This document shows positions 18,669-28,496 of a DNA stretch of 64,000 nucleotides, one piece after another; within the stretch, counting starts at the first letter, position 1; each line of letters starts with the position of its first letter. The translations under genes were made by a program, and so were the position numbers. The stretch comes from Sulfolobales archaeon (GTDB taxonomy: Archaea; Thermoproteota; Thermoprotei_A; Sulfolobales; NBVN01): assembly GCA_038841535.1 (NCBI GenBank), contig JAWBTQ010000001.1:64001-128000 (forward strand). The letters are read 5' to 3'. The notes beneath the pieces are model-generated. The model saw only the letters and a list, made by a program, of their open reading frames with translations, searched no databases and was not told the origin of the DNA.

Positions 18669-19724
18669 GTGAGCTCCAAGCTTATATTAGAGAAAGCGTA
18701 TAAGTACTTCCCGTTAAGGAGGTCTCTAGTCGAAATATTAACGCTGAGGAAGCCTAGATACGTTAGAGCTGTGGACGGGATAAGCTTCGCAGTCGATGAA
18801 GGAGAGATTTACTGCCTGGCTGGTGAGTCTGGCTGTGGAAAGACGACTACTGGGAGGCTCGTAGTCAGGTTAATAGACTTTACTGGAGGTAGAGCTCTCT
18901 ACATGCCGAGGAAGGAGCTACTCTCTGAGATACCCTCGACATTCTTAGTTGACGGCAAGTACGTGGACTTAACGGAGAAGCTACCGAGATACGTAGATAA
19001 GCTATTGAGAAGAGACATCCAGATAATATTCCAGGACCCGTACGGGTCCCTTAACCCCAGGATGAGGATTTACGACATCTTAAAGGAGCCTTTAGACATA
19101 CATGGAGTGGGATCTACTGAAGACGAAAGAAGAGAATTAGTCTTTAAGGCCTTAGAAGAAGTAAAGATGACGCCTCCGGAGGAGTTCGCCGAGAGATATC
19201 CCCACATGTTATCCGGTGGTCAGAGGCAGAGAATAGCTATAGCGAGAGCTCTAATACTCAACCCGTCTCTCGTAGTAGCTGATGAACCCGTGAGCATGTT
19301 GGACGTTTCCATAAGAGCTGAGATACTCCAACTTATGCTGGACTTGAAGGCTATGAGAAACCTTACGTACGTATTCATTACTCACGACCTAGCAGTAGCT
19401 GCTTACATCTGCGACAAGTTAGCCATAATGTACTTAGGTGCCATAGTCGAAAAAGGCTCTATATCCAGTATAGTTAACAACCCACTCCACCCGTACTCTA
19501 AGGCGTTGATAGCGGCAGTCCCAGAGCCCGACCCTAGAAATAGGTTCAAAATTAGGGAGGTTCCGATAAAGGGAGAAATACCTAGTGCCGCCAACATACC
19601 TCCTGGTTGTAGGTTCCACCCGAGGTGCCCGTACGCAATGGACGTCTGCAGGTCTGAAGAACCCCCAGAAATAGAAGTAGAGAAAGGACGCACAGTTTCT
19701 TGCTGGCTCTACGCAAAGAGATAA
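18669..19724 (+). CDS. oppF: Oligopeptide/dipeptide ABC transporter ATPase, OppF/DppF type
   Basis: GESGCGKT, FQDPYGSLNPR, LSGGQRQR, DEPVSMLD. Confidence 0.93.
   Translation: MSSKLILEKAYKYFPLRRSLVEILTLRKPRYVRAVDGISFAVDEGEIYCLAGESGCGKTTTGRLVVRLIDFTGGRALYMPRKELLSEIPSTFLVDGKYVDLTEKLPRYVDKLLRRDIQIIFQDPYGSLNPRMRIYDILKEPLDIHGVGSTEDERRELVFKALEEVKMTPPEEFAERYPHMLSGGQRQRIAIARALILNPSLVVADEPVSMLDVSIRAEILQLMLDLKAMRNLTYVFITHDLAVAAYICDKLAIMYLGAIVEKGSISSIVNNPLHPYSKALIAAVPEPDPRNRFKIREVPIKGEIPSAANIPPGCRFHPRCPYAMDVCRSEEPPEIEVEKGRTVSCWLYAKR
19599..19720 (+). repeat. 122-bp perfect direct repeat, copy 2 (3' end of oppF)
   Basis: Identical to 18537-18658. Confidence 0.95.
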
Positions 19725-19793
19725 TTCGTACAGTTTATATAAGGTTTTCTTAGTCAACTTATTAAAACTTATATACTGTAGTCTAACACATAT

Positions 19794-20858
19794 GTGGTAA
19801 CTCCATTGGAAGCCGGTATTAGAGGGTGGGGGGTATACATACCGAGGTTTCGGCTGAGTGCGCACGATGTAGCCATCCTTTGGGGCTATGATAGTAGATT
19901 ACCTAAGGCTTTAGGTATGATCGAGAAGGCTGTTGCGGAAGAAGACGAAGATTCTGTTACTATGGGTTGGTACGCCGCTAAAGTAGCTATACGGCGAGCT
20001 GGAGTAAGTAGTGAAGAAATAGATGCGGTGTTCTTCGGTACTGAATCCAAGCCTTACGCTGTAAAGCCTTCCGCAACGATAGTGGCTGATGCTTTAGGGG
20101 TAAAAAAGAGGAAGCTCGCAACAGACTTAGAGTTTGCGTGTAGGGCTGCCGGCGAAGGGATAAGGATCTCTATAGGACTTGTAAAGAGTGGCCTTGCGCA
20201 AAACACTCTAGTCATAGGCTCAGATACGGCTCAAGCTAACCCGGGAGACTTATTAGACTTCACTGCGTCATCTGGAGCTGTAGCATACGTAATAGGTTCA
20301 TCTACTAGTTCAGTAGCTACAATAGAAGCTAGCGTAACCTATGTTACGGACACTCCAGATTTCTGGAGGAGGGACAGATCTCCGTACCCAGAGCACGCAG
20401 AGATATTCACAGGAGAACCAGCGTACTTCCACCACATAGTTAGTGCGGTCAAGCTCTTACTCGAGGAAACAGGTCTAAAGGTCACCGACTTCGACTACGC
20501 TGTATTCCATCAACCCAACGGCAGGTTCCCCCTTCAAGTAGCTAGACAACTCGGGATCCCGCAGGAGAAGGTCGCACCTGGACTTGTCACTCCGTACATA
20601 GGTAATACTTATAACGCCTCCGCCCTCATAGGGTTAGCTAAAGTTCTCGAGGAAGCGCGCCCAGGTAGCAGGGTTCTCGTAGCTACCTTCGGGAGTGGTG
20701 CTGGAAGTGATGCTTTCAGTATAGTCGTTAATGAAGCCGTACTCGAGGCAGTAAATAAAGGTCCGAGAGTCACTGATATGATGAATTCGAGGATCCAGAT
20801 ATCCTACGGGGAGTACAGTAAGTTTAGAGGTCTTCTCTTAAGGAACGTAGGTGATTGA
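19794..20858 (+). CDS. Hydroxymethylglutaryl-CoA synthase
   Basis: DEDSVTM, ESKPYAVKP, EFAC, HQPNG, IGNTYNAS, FGSGAGSD. Confidence 0.95.
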   Translation: MVTPLEAGIRGWGVYIPRFRLSAHDVAILWGYDSRLPKALGMIEKAVAEEDEDSVTMGWYAAKVAIRRAGVSSEEIDAVFFGTESKPYAVKPSATIVADALGVKKRKLATDLEFACRAAGEGIRISIGLVKSGLAQNTLVIGSDTAQANPGDLLDFTASSGAVAYVIGSSTSSVATIEASVTYVTDTPDFWRRDRSPYPEHAEIFTGEPAYFHHIVSAVKLLLEETGLKVTDFDYAVFHQPNGRFPLQVARQLGIPQEKVAPGLVTPYIGNTYNASALIGLAKVLEEARPGSRVLVATFGSGAGSDAFSIVVNEAVLEAVNKGPRVTDMMNSRIQISYGEYSKFRGLLLRNVGD

Positions 20859-21945
20859 CGTGAGGGCTCATATTGTTGGAGGTTCGGTTGTCAAGGTAGA
20901 TAGGCACTTCGAGCTAGGCTATAGAGACTTAGCCTATAAAGTGGCTCGAGACTGCCTCGAGTGTTCTGACGTAGATTACGTAATAGTTTCATCAGCCCTC
21001 CCAGAGCTATCCGCACACCAAGTAGACTTAGGTACTCACATAGTTCAGTGGATCGGTAGAAAGGTTCCTGTAGCTAGAGTAGAGTCTGGTGAATCGTCCG
21101 GTCTAGCTGCTGTAGAGCTTGCTGCATCACTAGTGGCTTCCGGTGCGTACAGGCGGGTCATGGTCATAGGGGCCGAGAAAGTCACTGAGTACCCAACGTA
21201 TATAGCTAATTACTTCTACTCTTTAACCCTAGACTACGAATATGAAGTCCTAAGGGGTGTTTCCCCACCCGTTTACGCCGCTCTAGCCATGAAGGAACTC
21301 ATTAAGTCTGGTGTCCGGAGAGACTGCTTTAGCAACTGGGCGATCAGAATGCATGAAAACGCCATATCAGTACCTCACGCAATGCTTAAATTCAAAATAA
21401 CGTACGAGTCCTTTAAGGATGCTCAGGTTCTATCGGATCCGCTAACACTCTACGACAGCTTTGCTTTTGGTGATGGAGCTGCCGCTATAGTAGTATCATC
21501 TACACCGGATAGGAACGGTTCTTCTGTTGAATTAGTCTTAAGTAAGACTGAAGTCGGTCTACCGGCATACGCTAGAGACAGTATATCAGACTTTATAGCG
21601 TCCACAAAGCTCCTAAAGGAGGTTTCCGAAAGGTTTAAGCTAGACTTAAGGAAAACGGCTGTCGAGCTTCACGATAGCTACACGACATACCCTATAGCTA
21701 TCCTCAGAAGTCTTGGGTACGTAGACGATAGGTGTGATCTTACTGAGTTTGAGTTCTTGAATACGAGTGGTGGACTAAAGGCTAGAGGTCACCCAATAGG
21801 TGCTACTGGTATATACCAAGCTTACGAAGTCTTCAAGGTTCTAACAGATGGCTTAGGTGGTAAGAGAGCCCTATCCGAGTACGGCTTAGTTCACTCAATG
21901 AGCGGTCCCGATAACTTGTCTCGAGTGCTTGTTCTAAAGAGGTGA
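20851..21945 (+). CDS. Thiolase-family protein (acetoacetyl-CoA thiolase subunit of the HMGCS/thiolase/DUF35 operon)
   Basis: GAEKV, DGAAA, ELHD, SGGLKARGHPIGATG, operon context. Confidence 0.9.
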   Translation: MIDVRAHIVGGSVVKVDRHFELGYRDLAYKVARDCLECSDVDYVIVSSALPELSAHQVDLGTHIVQWIGRKVPVARVESGESSGLAAVELAASLVASGAYRRVMVIGAEKVTEYPTYIANYFYSLTLDYEYEVLRGVSPPVYAALAMKELIKSGVRRDCFSNWAIRMHENAISVPHAMLKFKITYESFKDAQVLSDPLTLYDSFAFGDGAAAIVVSSTPDRNGSSVELVLSKTEVGLPAYARDSISDFIASTKLLKEVSERFKLDLRKTAVELHDSYTTYPIAILRSLGYVDDRCDLTEFEFLNTSGGLKARGHPIGATGIYQAYEVFKVLTDGLGGKRALSEYGLVHSMSGPDNLSRVLVLKR

Positions 21946-22355
21946 TGTTCTTGAAGCTATCTGTTCCCCAGTTTTGGAGAGTCAAAGAGAACCAGTATAA
22001 GCTAGTCATAACGGTTTGTAGCGAGTGCGGTAAAAAGACTATATTTAAGAGGCCTGTATGCCCTCACTGCGGATCTGGTAAGGTCGAGTATGTTGAATCT
22101 TCAGGAATGGGGGTACTAGAGAGCTTTACTAAAGTCTACTACAAGACGAACTCCAGTGAAGATAGGCTGCCTGAATTAGTTGGAGCAGTTAGATTGAGTG
22201 AGGGCGTAAGATTGATTGGTGAGATCGTTGGAGTAAGGGAAGATGAGCTTAGGGAGAACGCGAAGGTCGAGGCTGTCTTGAGGAGGTATTTGTCGGACGA
22301 CCCATACGGGGTTATATACTATGGTATAAAGTTTAAACCTGTTTTAACTCACTAA
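21942..22355 (+). CDS. DUF35 Zn-ribbon/OB-fold scaffold protein
   Basis: CSECG..CPHCG, IYYGIKFKP, context. Confidence 0.92.
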   Translation: MMFLKLSVPQFWRVKENQYKLVITVCSECGKKTIFKRPVCPHCGSGKVEYVESSGMGVLESFTKVYYKTNSSEDRLPELVGAVRLSEGVRLIGEIVGVREDELRENAKVEAVLRRYLSDDPYGVIYYGIKFKPVLTH

Positions 22356-22417
22356 ACACTGCTATAAAGTACTAAAAAAGCTTATTTTTTGCTATATACT
22401 ATACCCACGGTGTTCAT

Positions 22418-23629
22418 GTGGACTACACTAGGTTCATAGCTAAAGCATCTGAGGTTTTCAAAGCTTCCGAAATCCGCGAGCTACTCAAAGTTGTCGAAGC
22501 CCGCAAAGTCATCAGCTTTGCGGGGGGTTATCCAGACCCTCAAACTTTTCCACGGGAGTCTCTAGCTAAGATAGCCTATGAGGTCGTACTAAACTATGGA
22601 GATAAAGCTCTTCAGTATTCTCCAACTAAGGGAGTTACTGCCTTTAGGGAGACCTTAGTTAGGTACTTAAGGAGCAGTGAAGTGAAAGTAGCAAGCGAAG
22701 ATGACGTCATAATTACGACCGGTTCTCAGCAGGGGTTAGACCTAGTATCTAGGACCCTCATAGACCCGGGCGACTACATTGTTACGGAGAATCCGACGTA
22801 CTTAGCAGCACTAACTGCCTTTAGGACAGCTAAACCCAACATCATCGGGGTACCTATAGACGGTAGTGGAATGAAGACCGAGGTACTCGAGGAAAGACTT
22901 AAGGAACTAATGTCCTCTGGAAAAAGAGTTAAATTCGTGTACACGATCCCTATAGCACATAACCCAGCAGGAACCACTATGAGTCCCGAGAGAAAGAAGT
23001 ACCTCCTTGAGTTAGCATCTCAGTACGACTTCATCGTTATTGAGGACGACCCGTACTCTTTCTTTGTATACGATGAAGCTGATGTAACTAGGTTGAAGAC
23101 TCTAGACCAAGAAGGGAGAGTTATCTACATGAGTACTCTAAGCAAGATACTGTCTCCTGGTCTTAGAATCGGGTGGATACTGGGTCCCCGCCAACTCGTT
23201 GACGTGTTCGAGAGAGCTAAGCAGAGCATGGACCTACACACATCGACCCTATCTCAGTATATAGCTAAGGAAGCATTAGAGAGAGGTGTCGTTGGTGAAA
23301 CCATAGACAAAGCTAAGAGAGTGTACCGAGTAAAGCGTGATGCAATGCTGAGCGCGTTATCAGAGAACATGGTAGAAGACTCTTGGTGGGCTAAACCTGT
23401 AGGCGGACTCTTCCTAATGGTGTGGCTGCCACCTGGGATAGACACTAAGGCGATGCTTCCCGAGGCAGTGAACGAAGGTGTAGTGTATGTGCCTGGAGCG
23501 TCGTTCTTTGTTGACGAGAGCGGTAAGAACACTATGAGGCTAAACTTTAGCTACCCGAGCGTTGACGAAATAAAAACTGGAGTAGAGATCCTGGGAAGAT
23601 TAGTTAAGAAAAAGATGGGGAAAGCATAG
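22418..23629 (+). CDS. PLP-dependent class I aminotransferase (Aro8/LysN-like)
   Basis: ISFAGGYPDP, NPAG, EDDPY, SKILSPGLRIGW. Confidence 0.93.
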   Translation: MDYTRFIAKASEVFKASEIRELLKVVEARKVISFAGGYPDPQTFPRESLAKIAYEVVLNYGDKALQYSPTKGVTAFRETLVRYLRSSEVKVASEDDVIITTGSQQGLDLVSRTLIDPGDYIVTENPTYLAALTAFRTAKPNIIGVPIDGSGMKTEVLEERLKELMSSGKRVKFVYTIPIAHNPAGTTMSPERKKYLLELASQYDFIVIEDDPYSFFVYDEADVTRLKTLDQEGRVIYMSTLSKILSPGLRIGWILGPRQLVDVFERAKQSMDLHTSTLSQYIAKEALERGVVGETIDKAKRVYRVKRDAMLSALSENMVEDSWWAKPVGGLFLMVWLPPGIDTKAMLPEAVNEGVVYVPGASFFVDESGKNTMRLNFSYPSVDEIKTGVEILGRLVKKKMGKA

Positions 23630-23681
23630 ATTTTTGTTAATACCTGCTTTCCTCGACTTAACGTTTCTCGAGTTACTACTG

Positions 23682-23701
23682 AAGTAACACATGTGTTACT
23701 T
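23682..23701. other. Perfect 20-bp palindrome between convergent genes
   Basis: AAGTAACACATGTGTTACTT equals its own reverse complement. Confidence 0.6.
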
Positions 23702-23780
23702 TACTTCAACCTGAAGAATTTATTGAAGAATTGCTACATATAAGAAGCCCGACCTTGAGCTCAAATTACGTTTACTCGAG

Positions 23781-24674
23781 TTATACATTACTGGCTTCGT
23801 CAGGTGCTACGTAAGCTACGTGTGTTGAGTACTTAACAAGCTCAGCTACAGCTCTAAGGTTATCCACTATTTTGAACAAGTTCCCGATCTCGTGGCTTAC
23901 TCTCCGGGCTATCCCCAGCGCTTCAGCTATGTTGAGCTTAGCTTTCGACAATACCATTACCCTCTTTAGATTGCTTCCTAGGGGCGCGAGGTATTCGGGA
24001 ACTGAGGGTGATAAGTAGAGAGAGTCTACACATTTCCCCACAGCTACACTGTTTACGTACGGGTCTAGGGACGTTATGTAGACTATGTCAAATTCTCCTC
24101 CCACTATATCGCGTAAGTGAGCTCTTACTCCAAGCCTAGAAATTCTTCGTAAACCAGACTCACTAGAGCAAATAGCCTCCGTTCTAATCTCGTCTTTAAC
24201 TAGCTTAACGAGTATTAGTGCTTCATAGCCGCAGCCAGCTACTAGTATCGAAGACCCGGATAGACTTGATAGGGCTGTGGGTAGGTGAGCTAATAGTGAT
24301 ACATGTAGACCCATCGAACCAGTGATAGACTGAGGCACCGGCTCCAGGCAGCTTAAGTCAACACTGGCTTGGTCTGCCATAATACCATTTTTTACTAGAG
24401 CTAACTTGGTAAAGCACTTTGGAGATATTACGGCATTTTCTCCGACTACTAGGTTGGCTACTCTATAGCCTAAGTCTATAACTCTAACTAATCCTGCTGA
24501 TCCAATAATCTTTCCGTAGGTATAAGGAGTGTAACCTCTAACAGCAGCAACATCAAGAGGTGTTAGAGCTGCTGAGAGGACTTTGACTAGAGCTTCATCC
24601 TCTCTAGTGGGTGGTGGAGGTAGCTCAGAGTACCTCAAGTCACCAACTAGAACTACGGCACCCACACTCCTCAT
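23781..24674 (-). CDS. Degenerate medium-chain dehydrogenase (ADH-fold) protein
   Basis: N-terminal GroES-like pattern (PPPTREDEALVKV..D) and ILVAGCG; catalytic Zn ligands absent. Confidence 0.65.
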   Translation of the reverse strand: MRSVGAVVLVGDLRYSELPPPPTREDEALVKVLSAALTPLDVAAVRGYTPYTYGKIIGSAGLVRVIDLGYRVANLVVGENAVISPKCFTKLALVKNGIMADQASVDLSCLEPVPQSITGSMGLHVSLLAHLPTALSSLSGSSILVAGCGYEALILVKLVKDEIRTEAICSSESGLRRISRLGVRAHLRDIVGGEFDIVYITSLDPYVNSVAVGKCVDSLYLSPSVPEYLAPLGSNLKRVMVLSKAKLNIAEALGIARRVSHEIGNLFKIVDNLRAVAELVKYSTHVAYVAPDEASNV

Positions 24675-24731
24675 ACTTTATCTCTAGTATAGGTTAATTA
24701 ACCTAGCTAAAAATGTAGACTGGGTGGTGAA

Positions 24732-25295
24732 TTGTTTGAGGAGTTCACTAGCAGATTCTACTACTTACTACACCCAAGGCCCACACTAGTCATAGGAACT
24801 CTGTGTCCAAACGGCCGCACCAACTTCATGCCCGCTAGCTGGAATACTCCAGTTAGCGAGGAACCCCCCACTGTAGCAGTAGCTGTAGATTCTAGTGCGT
24901 ACACTAGGGATTGCCTCGACTTCTGCGGTGAAGCAAGCCTCAACATCCTCGGCCTAGATGATGTCCAACTACTCTACGACCTGGGTTCCGTGTCTGGTAG
25001 AGATATCGATAAGGTCTCAAGGTTCAGGCTGGAGCTGTTAGAGAGCTTAACGATCAGGCCTCCAGGGCTCCTACGATCTCTAGCAGTACTAGAGTCTAAA
25101 GTAGTAGGTAGGTACCTTATCGGTGAATCAGTTCTTTACGTATTCGAAGTCAAGAAAGTCAGAGTCCGCAGCGGTGTCGCAGACAAATTCGGGTTTATAA
25201 TATCAGACAAGACAAACCTACCACTTCACGCTAGCGGACGCTATTTCTACGGAGTTGGTTCAAGAAAGCTAGCTACGAGGAAGGCGTCTCCTTGA
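24732..25295 (+). CDS. Flavin reductase-like (flavoredoxin family) protein
   Basis: LLHPRP, NFMPASW, PPTVAVAV, GSVSGRDIDK. Confidence 0.9.
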   Translation: MFEEFTSRFYYLLHPRPTLVIGTLCPNGRTNFMPASWNTPVSEEPPTVAVAVDSSAYTRDCLDFCGEASLNILGLDDVQLLYDLGSVSGRDIDKVSRFRLELLESLTIRPPGLLRSLAVLESKVVGRYLIGESVLYVFEVKKVRVRSGVADKFGFIISDKTNLPLHASGRYFYGVGSRKLATRKASP

Positions 25296-25651
25296 GTAAA
25301 AAGCTGATGCTCTCGAGTGGTAAGATCTTCGGAAATTACTCACTACTTGAAAAGTACCTCGAGGTCTGCCAAGAAAAGAAGGTTGAGTCCCTGCCGAATT
25401 CATCCGACATAGAGTTCGTAAAGTATATCGCTAGCAGAGGACCTGCCTCCCTAGATAGGTTCCTTGAGGAGCTAGTTAGGAGGTTCAAACAGAGAGTTGA
25501 TCCAGCCTGCTCCGTCAGAGCTTCTAAAGAAGTGCTGAGTATGGAGCTGACCGAAGACCACGCATCCCAATTAGTGGCAACGCAACTAGCTGGCTGGACT
25601 CTCGAGATAGCGGAAGCCTTAGGAGTAATCAAGCTCAAGAAGCTATCATGA
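25292..25651 (+). CDS. Hypothetical protein
   Basis: 119-aa ORF overlapping the upstream stop by 4 nt. Confidence 0.65.
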   Translation: MSKKLMLSSGKIFGNYSLLEKYLEVCQEKKVESLPNSSDIEFVKYIASRGPASLDRFLEELVRRFKQRVDPACSVRASKEVLSMELTEDHASQLVATQLAGWTLEIAEALGVIKLKKLS

Positions 25652-25753
25652 CTTAGACAAAAGACTCCGCCAGCTGGCCTTATCGCAACAGCCGATAGGC
25701 TTTAGGTATTCATCCTATGATTAGAAGGCTTGACTCCATAGGTTTCTACGCTA

Positions 25754-26806
25754 CTACTTTAACTTTAGTACTGCTGACCCCCTAACTTTAGCCATTTTTA
25801 AGTCTCTGAGAGCTCTATTAACTTCCTCAAGAGCGTAAACCTGAACCTCTGTTTTCAAGCCGTATTTTGATGCTATACTCAGTAGCTCTGCGACGTCACT
25901 CCGTGTAACGTTAGCAACGCTTCTAACCGTCTTCTCGAGCCATAAATGACTGGTGTAGTCTAAGGTAATTGGTGTCTGCTTTCGGATCACGTTCATCACT
26001 AAAATACCTCCTCTGTCTAGAAGCTCTAGAGCTCTCACCGTTATCTCCCCGACCGGTGTAAAGTCTATGGCTCTATCGAGTCTCCTGGGTGGCGCGTCAC
26101 TAGGGAGTCCAGCCCAGTCCGCTCCCAGCTTCTCCGCCAGCTCTCTGTGCTCTAAGCTTCTACTGAATGCGTATACCTCTACACTGGGAAAGAGCTTCTT
26201 AACTACTTGCAGTATGATGTGTGCACTAGCACCGAAACCGAAAAGGCCGAGCCTCAACCCATCCTTGAGATTTGCGAGCTTAAGGGCTCTATAGCCAACC
26301 GCGCCAGCACAGAGTAGAGGCGCTATATTAACATGATCCGCACTGCTAGGGATTCTGTAAACGAAGTCTGCGTAAGCTATTGCGTACTCAGCGTAGCCTC
26401 CGTTGTGGTGGCACCCAGTTGCCATAAATTCGGTACAGAGGTTTTCTGACCCAATAGAGCAATAGCTACATCTCCCGCAAGTCTTTCCAACCCAAGCTAC
26501 GCCCACGGTTTCACCTATTACTGGGTAATTAATCCCAGCTTCAGGACCTACTTCGACTACTCTCCCCACTATCTGGTGCCCGGGGACTACTGGAATTCTG
26601 CATTGAACTCTTCCCTCAATTATGTCTATGTCCGTATAGCACACACCACAAGCTAGAACCTCTAGCATGACTTGCCCGGGACCTGGGGTGGGGTCTGGGT
26701 AGTCCTCGATAGCTAGTGGATCCTCACACCACGGTAGTTCTGGATACCTCCGAGGTAACCCATCAACTCTTATTTCTACAGCTTCACGTAGTACAGCAGC
26801 CTTCAA
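25754..26806 (-). CDS. Zinc-dependent alcohol dehydrogenase (AdhP-like)
   Basis: ACGVCYTD, GHQIVG, CGRCSYC..C, LLCAG, GFGASAH. Confidence 0.93.
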   Translation of the reverse strand: MKAAVLREAVEIRVDGLPRRYPELPWCEDPLAIEDYPDPTPGPGQVMLEVLACGVCYTDIDIIEGRVQCRIPVVPGHQIVGRVVEVGPEAGINYPVIGETVGVAWVGKTCGRCSYCSIGSENLCTEFMATGCHHNGGYAEYAIAYADFVYRIPSSADHVNIAPLLCAGAVGYRALKLANLKDGLRLGLFGFGASAHIILQVVKKLFPSVEVYAFSRSLEHRELAEKLGADWAGLPSDAPPRRLDRAIDFTPVGEITVRALELLDRGGILVMNVIRKQTPITLDYTSHLWLEKTVRSVANVTRSDVAELLSIASKYGLKTEVQVYALEEVNRALRDLKMAKVRGSAVLKLK

Positions 26807-26936
26807 CTAGATCCCCTGAATTCTGAAGCGACAGTGCTTAAAGTTAAGTCACTAGTCTGTTACTTCTGCTTTAAGTAACCTGCTGCCTCGCTATTAGAGC
26901 ATTAATTTGAGGATTTAAGGTTCCGCGCTAACAAAC

Positions 26937-27899
26937 TTGGAGACCGCGATGAGGTGTAGCTTGAAGACTCCACCATCTCTTCTTGTGAGAGGTATTGGAA
27001 TGGTGTTAGAGTGCTTAGATGTGGGTGTGAGTCTTACAAACCCAATTGACGATATTAAAACCTTCTTAACCGACCTAGTTAGCGAGTACGTAAGCATTGG
27101 TAGGGTGAGGATAGAGTTCACCGAGAACGAACCTATAGGAACGAGCTACGTGATCTTTAAGTACCATGTATTCGATAAAGAAGGCTTCATTACATCTTGT
27201 AGAGCGGTAGTAAGGAGGAGAGTGCTTGAAGAAGTGTTATGTACGTTCGACGCATCTAGACTAGCTAGTGTTCGGGGGAGCGCTTTTCGCGAGACCGGAG
27301 ATCCTAGGCTACCTCCAGCTGATAGATACAGCACCAGCGGTCTAGCCCCAGGTCAGTTCTACATAGATCACTTCATTATCTACAGGGTCCTAGGTACTCC
27401 GAATGTAGACGTAAACTCCTGGAGACTCAGAGTTCTAGGTATGGTGAAAAATGCATTAGAACTATCTTTAAGCGATATAGAGAGGCTACCTATGGTATCT
27501 CTAGTTAGAGACTTTCACTGCGTTACGGGCTGGTCGGTCAAGTCAGTTAAGTGGGAGGGAGTCAAGCTGAAGATAATAGCCGACAAAGCAGTACCGAGCG
27601 AGAAAGCCAGGTGGGTGTTCATCACGGGTCTAGACGGGTACTCGTCTATAGTTCCCTTAGAAGATTTCGCTTCGGAAGATGCACTACTGGTTCTCAAGAT
27701 AAATGATAGACCACTCACAATAGAGCAGGGATTTCCAGCCAGGATCTTCATCCCGCATTTATACGGCTGGAAGAGCGTGAAGTGGGTTTATCGAATAGAG
27801 TTTATTGATAAGTACATGGACGGGTACTGGGAAGCTCTAGGTTACCACGAGAGGGGTAACGTACTCCTAGAGGAGAGATTCAAAAAGACTCTACTTTAG
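26937..27899 (+). CDS. Sulfite oxidase-family molybdopterin oxidoreductase with an N-terminal extension
   Basis: PGQ, DFHCVTGWS, GFPAR, YGWKSVKW, GYWEALGYH. Start uncertain. Confidence 0.88.
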   Translation: METAMRCSLKTPPSLLVRGIGMVLECLDVGVSLTNPIDDIKTFLTDLVSEYVSIGRVRIEFTENEPIGTSYVIFKYHVFDKEGFITSCRAVVRRRVLEEVLCTFDASRLASVRGSAFRETGDPRLPPADRYSTSGLAPGQFYIDHFIIYRVLGTPNVDVNSWRLRVLGMVKNALELSLSDIERLPMVSLVRDFHCVTGWSVKSVKWEGVKLKIIADKAVPSEKARWVFITGLDGYSSIVPLEDFASEDALLVLKINDRPLTIEQGFPARIFIPHLYGWKSVKWVYRIEFIDKYMDGYWEALGYHERGNVLLEERFKKTLL

Positions 27900-28491
27900 A
27901 GTCTCCATCGGACTTGCGTGACAGCCTAGACCCTCCAGTGGATATGCAACTGCGGTGCCTCTTTAAGCTATATCGCATCTTATTGTACTTGGTCTTAGCT
28001 CTCCATGACCTCTCTTGGATAGCGTAGCTAGCGGTACCAAGAGCTATAGCTAGCGACACTGCTATCACAGCATGTGTTGAGTAGCTCATGAAGAGCGCGA
28101 ATGATGAACTACCGAGTACCGCGTACGGCAAGTACCCTCGCTTCCATGACAGCACATACAAGGCGAACACTAATACTAGTGAGACCGCTACAGCGTGCCC
28201 GTAATCTAAGCGCAACTCAGTTAGCTGGAAGAAGGCATGTGAGAGAGCAACTGAAGCAGAAACTGATATAGCGACTCTGTGAAGGAATAGCCCTATGACG
28301 AATGATACTGCGGATATAGGAATAGCTACAATGATGTAGCCGATCCCTAGTTGCGTACATAGAGTAGAGCCCGCTATGAGTAACGCAGTGACAGTGAGTG
28401 ATATAGCAGAAACCACTCTTCTAGCACTGTACCCGTAAACTGCTACTAAGGCACTGAGAAACGCTAGTAGGTATGTGGCTACCGTGTTCAA
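27880..28491 (-). CDS. Integral membrane protein
   Basis: Several TM segments, follows htpX on the same strand. Confidence 0.7.
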   Translation of the reverse strand: MNTVATYLLAFLSALVAVYGYSARRVVSAISLTVTALLIAGSTLCTQLGIGYIIVAIPISAVSFVIGLFLHRVAISVSASVALSHAFFQLTELRLDYGHAVAVSLVLVFALYVLSWKRGYLPYAVLGSSSFALFMSYSTHAVIAVSLAIALGTASYAIQERSWRAKTKYNKMRYSLKRHRSCISTGGSRLSRKSDGDSKVESF

Positions 28492-28496
28492 ACACC

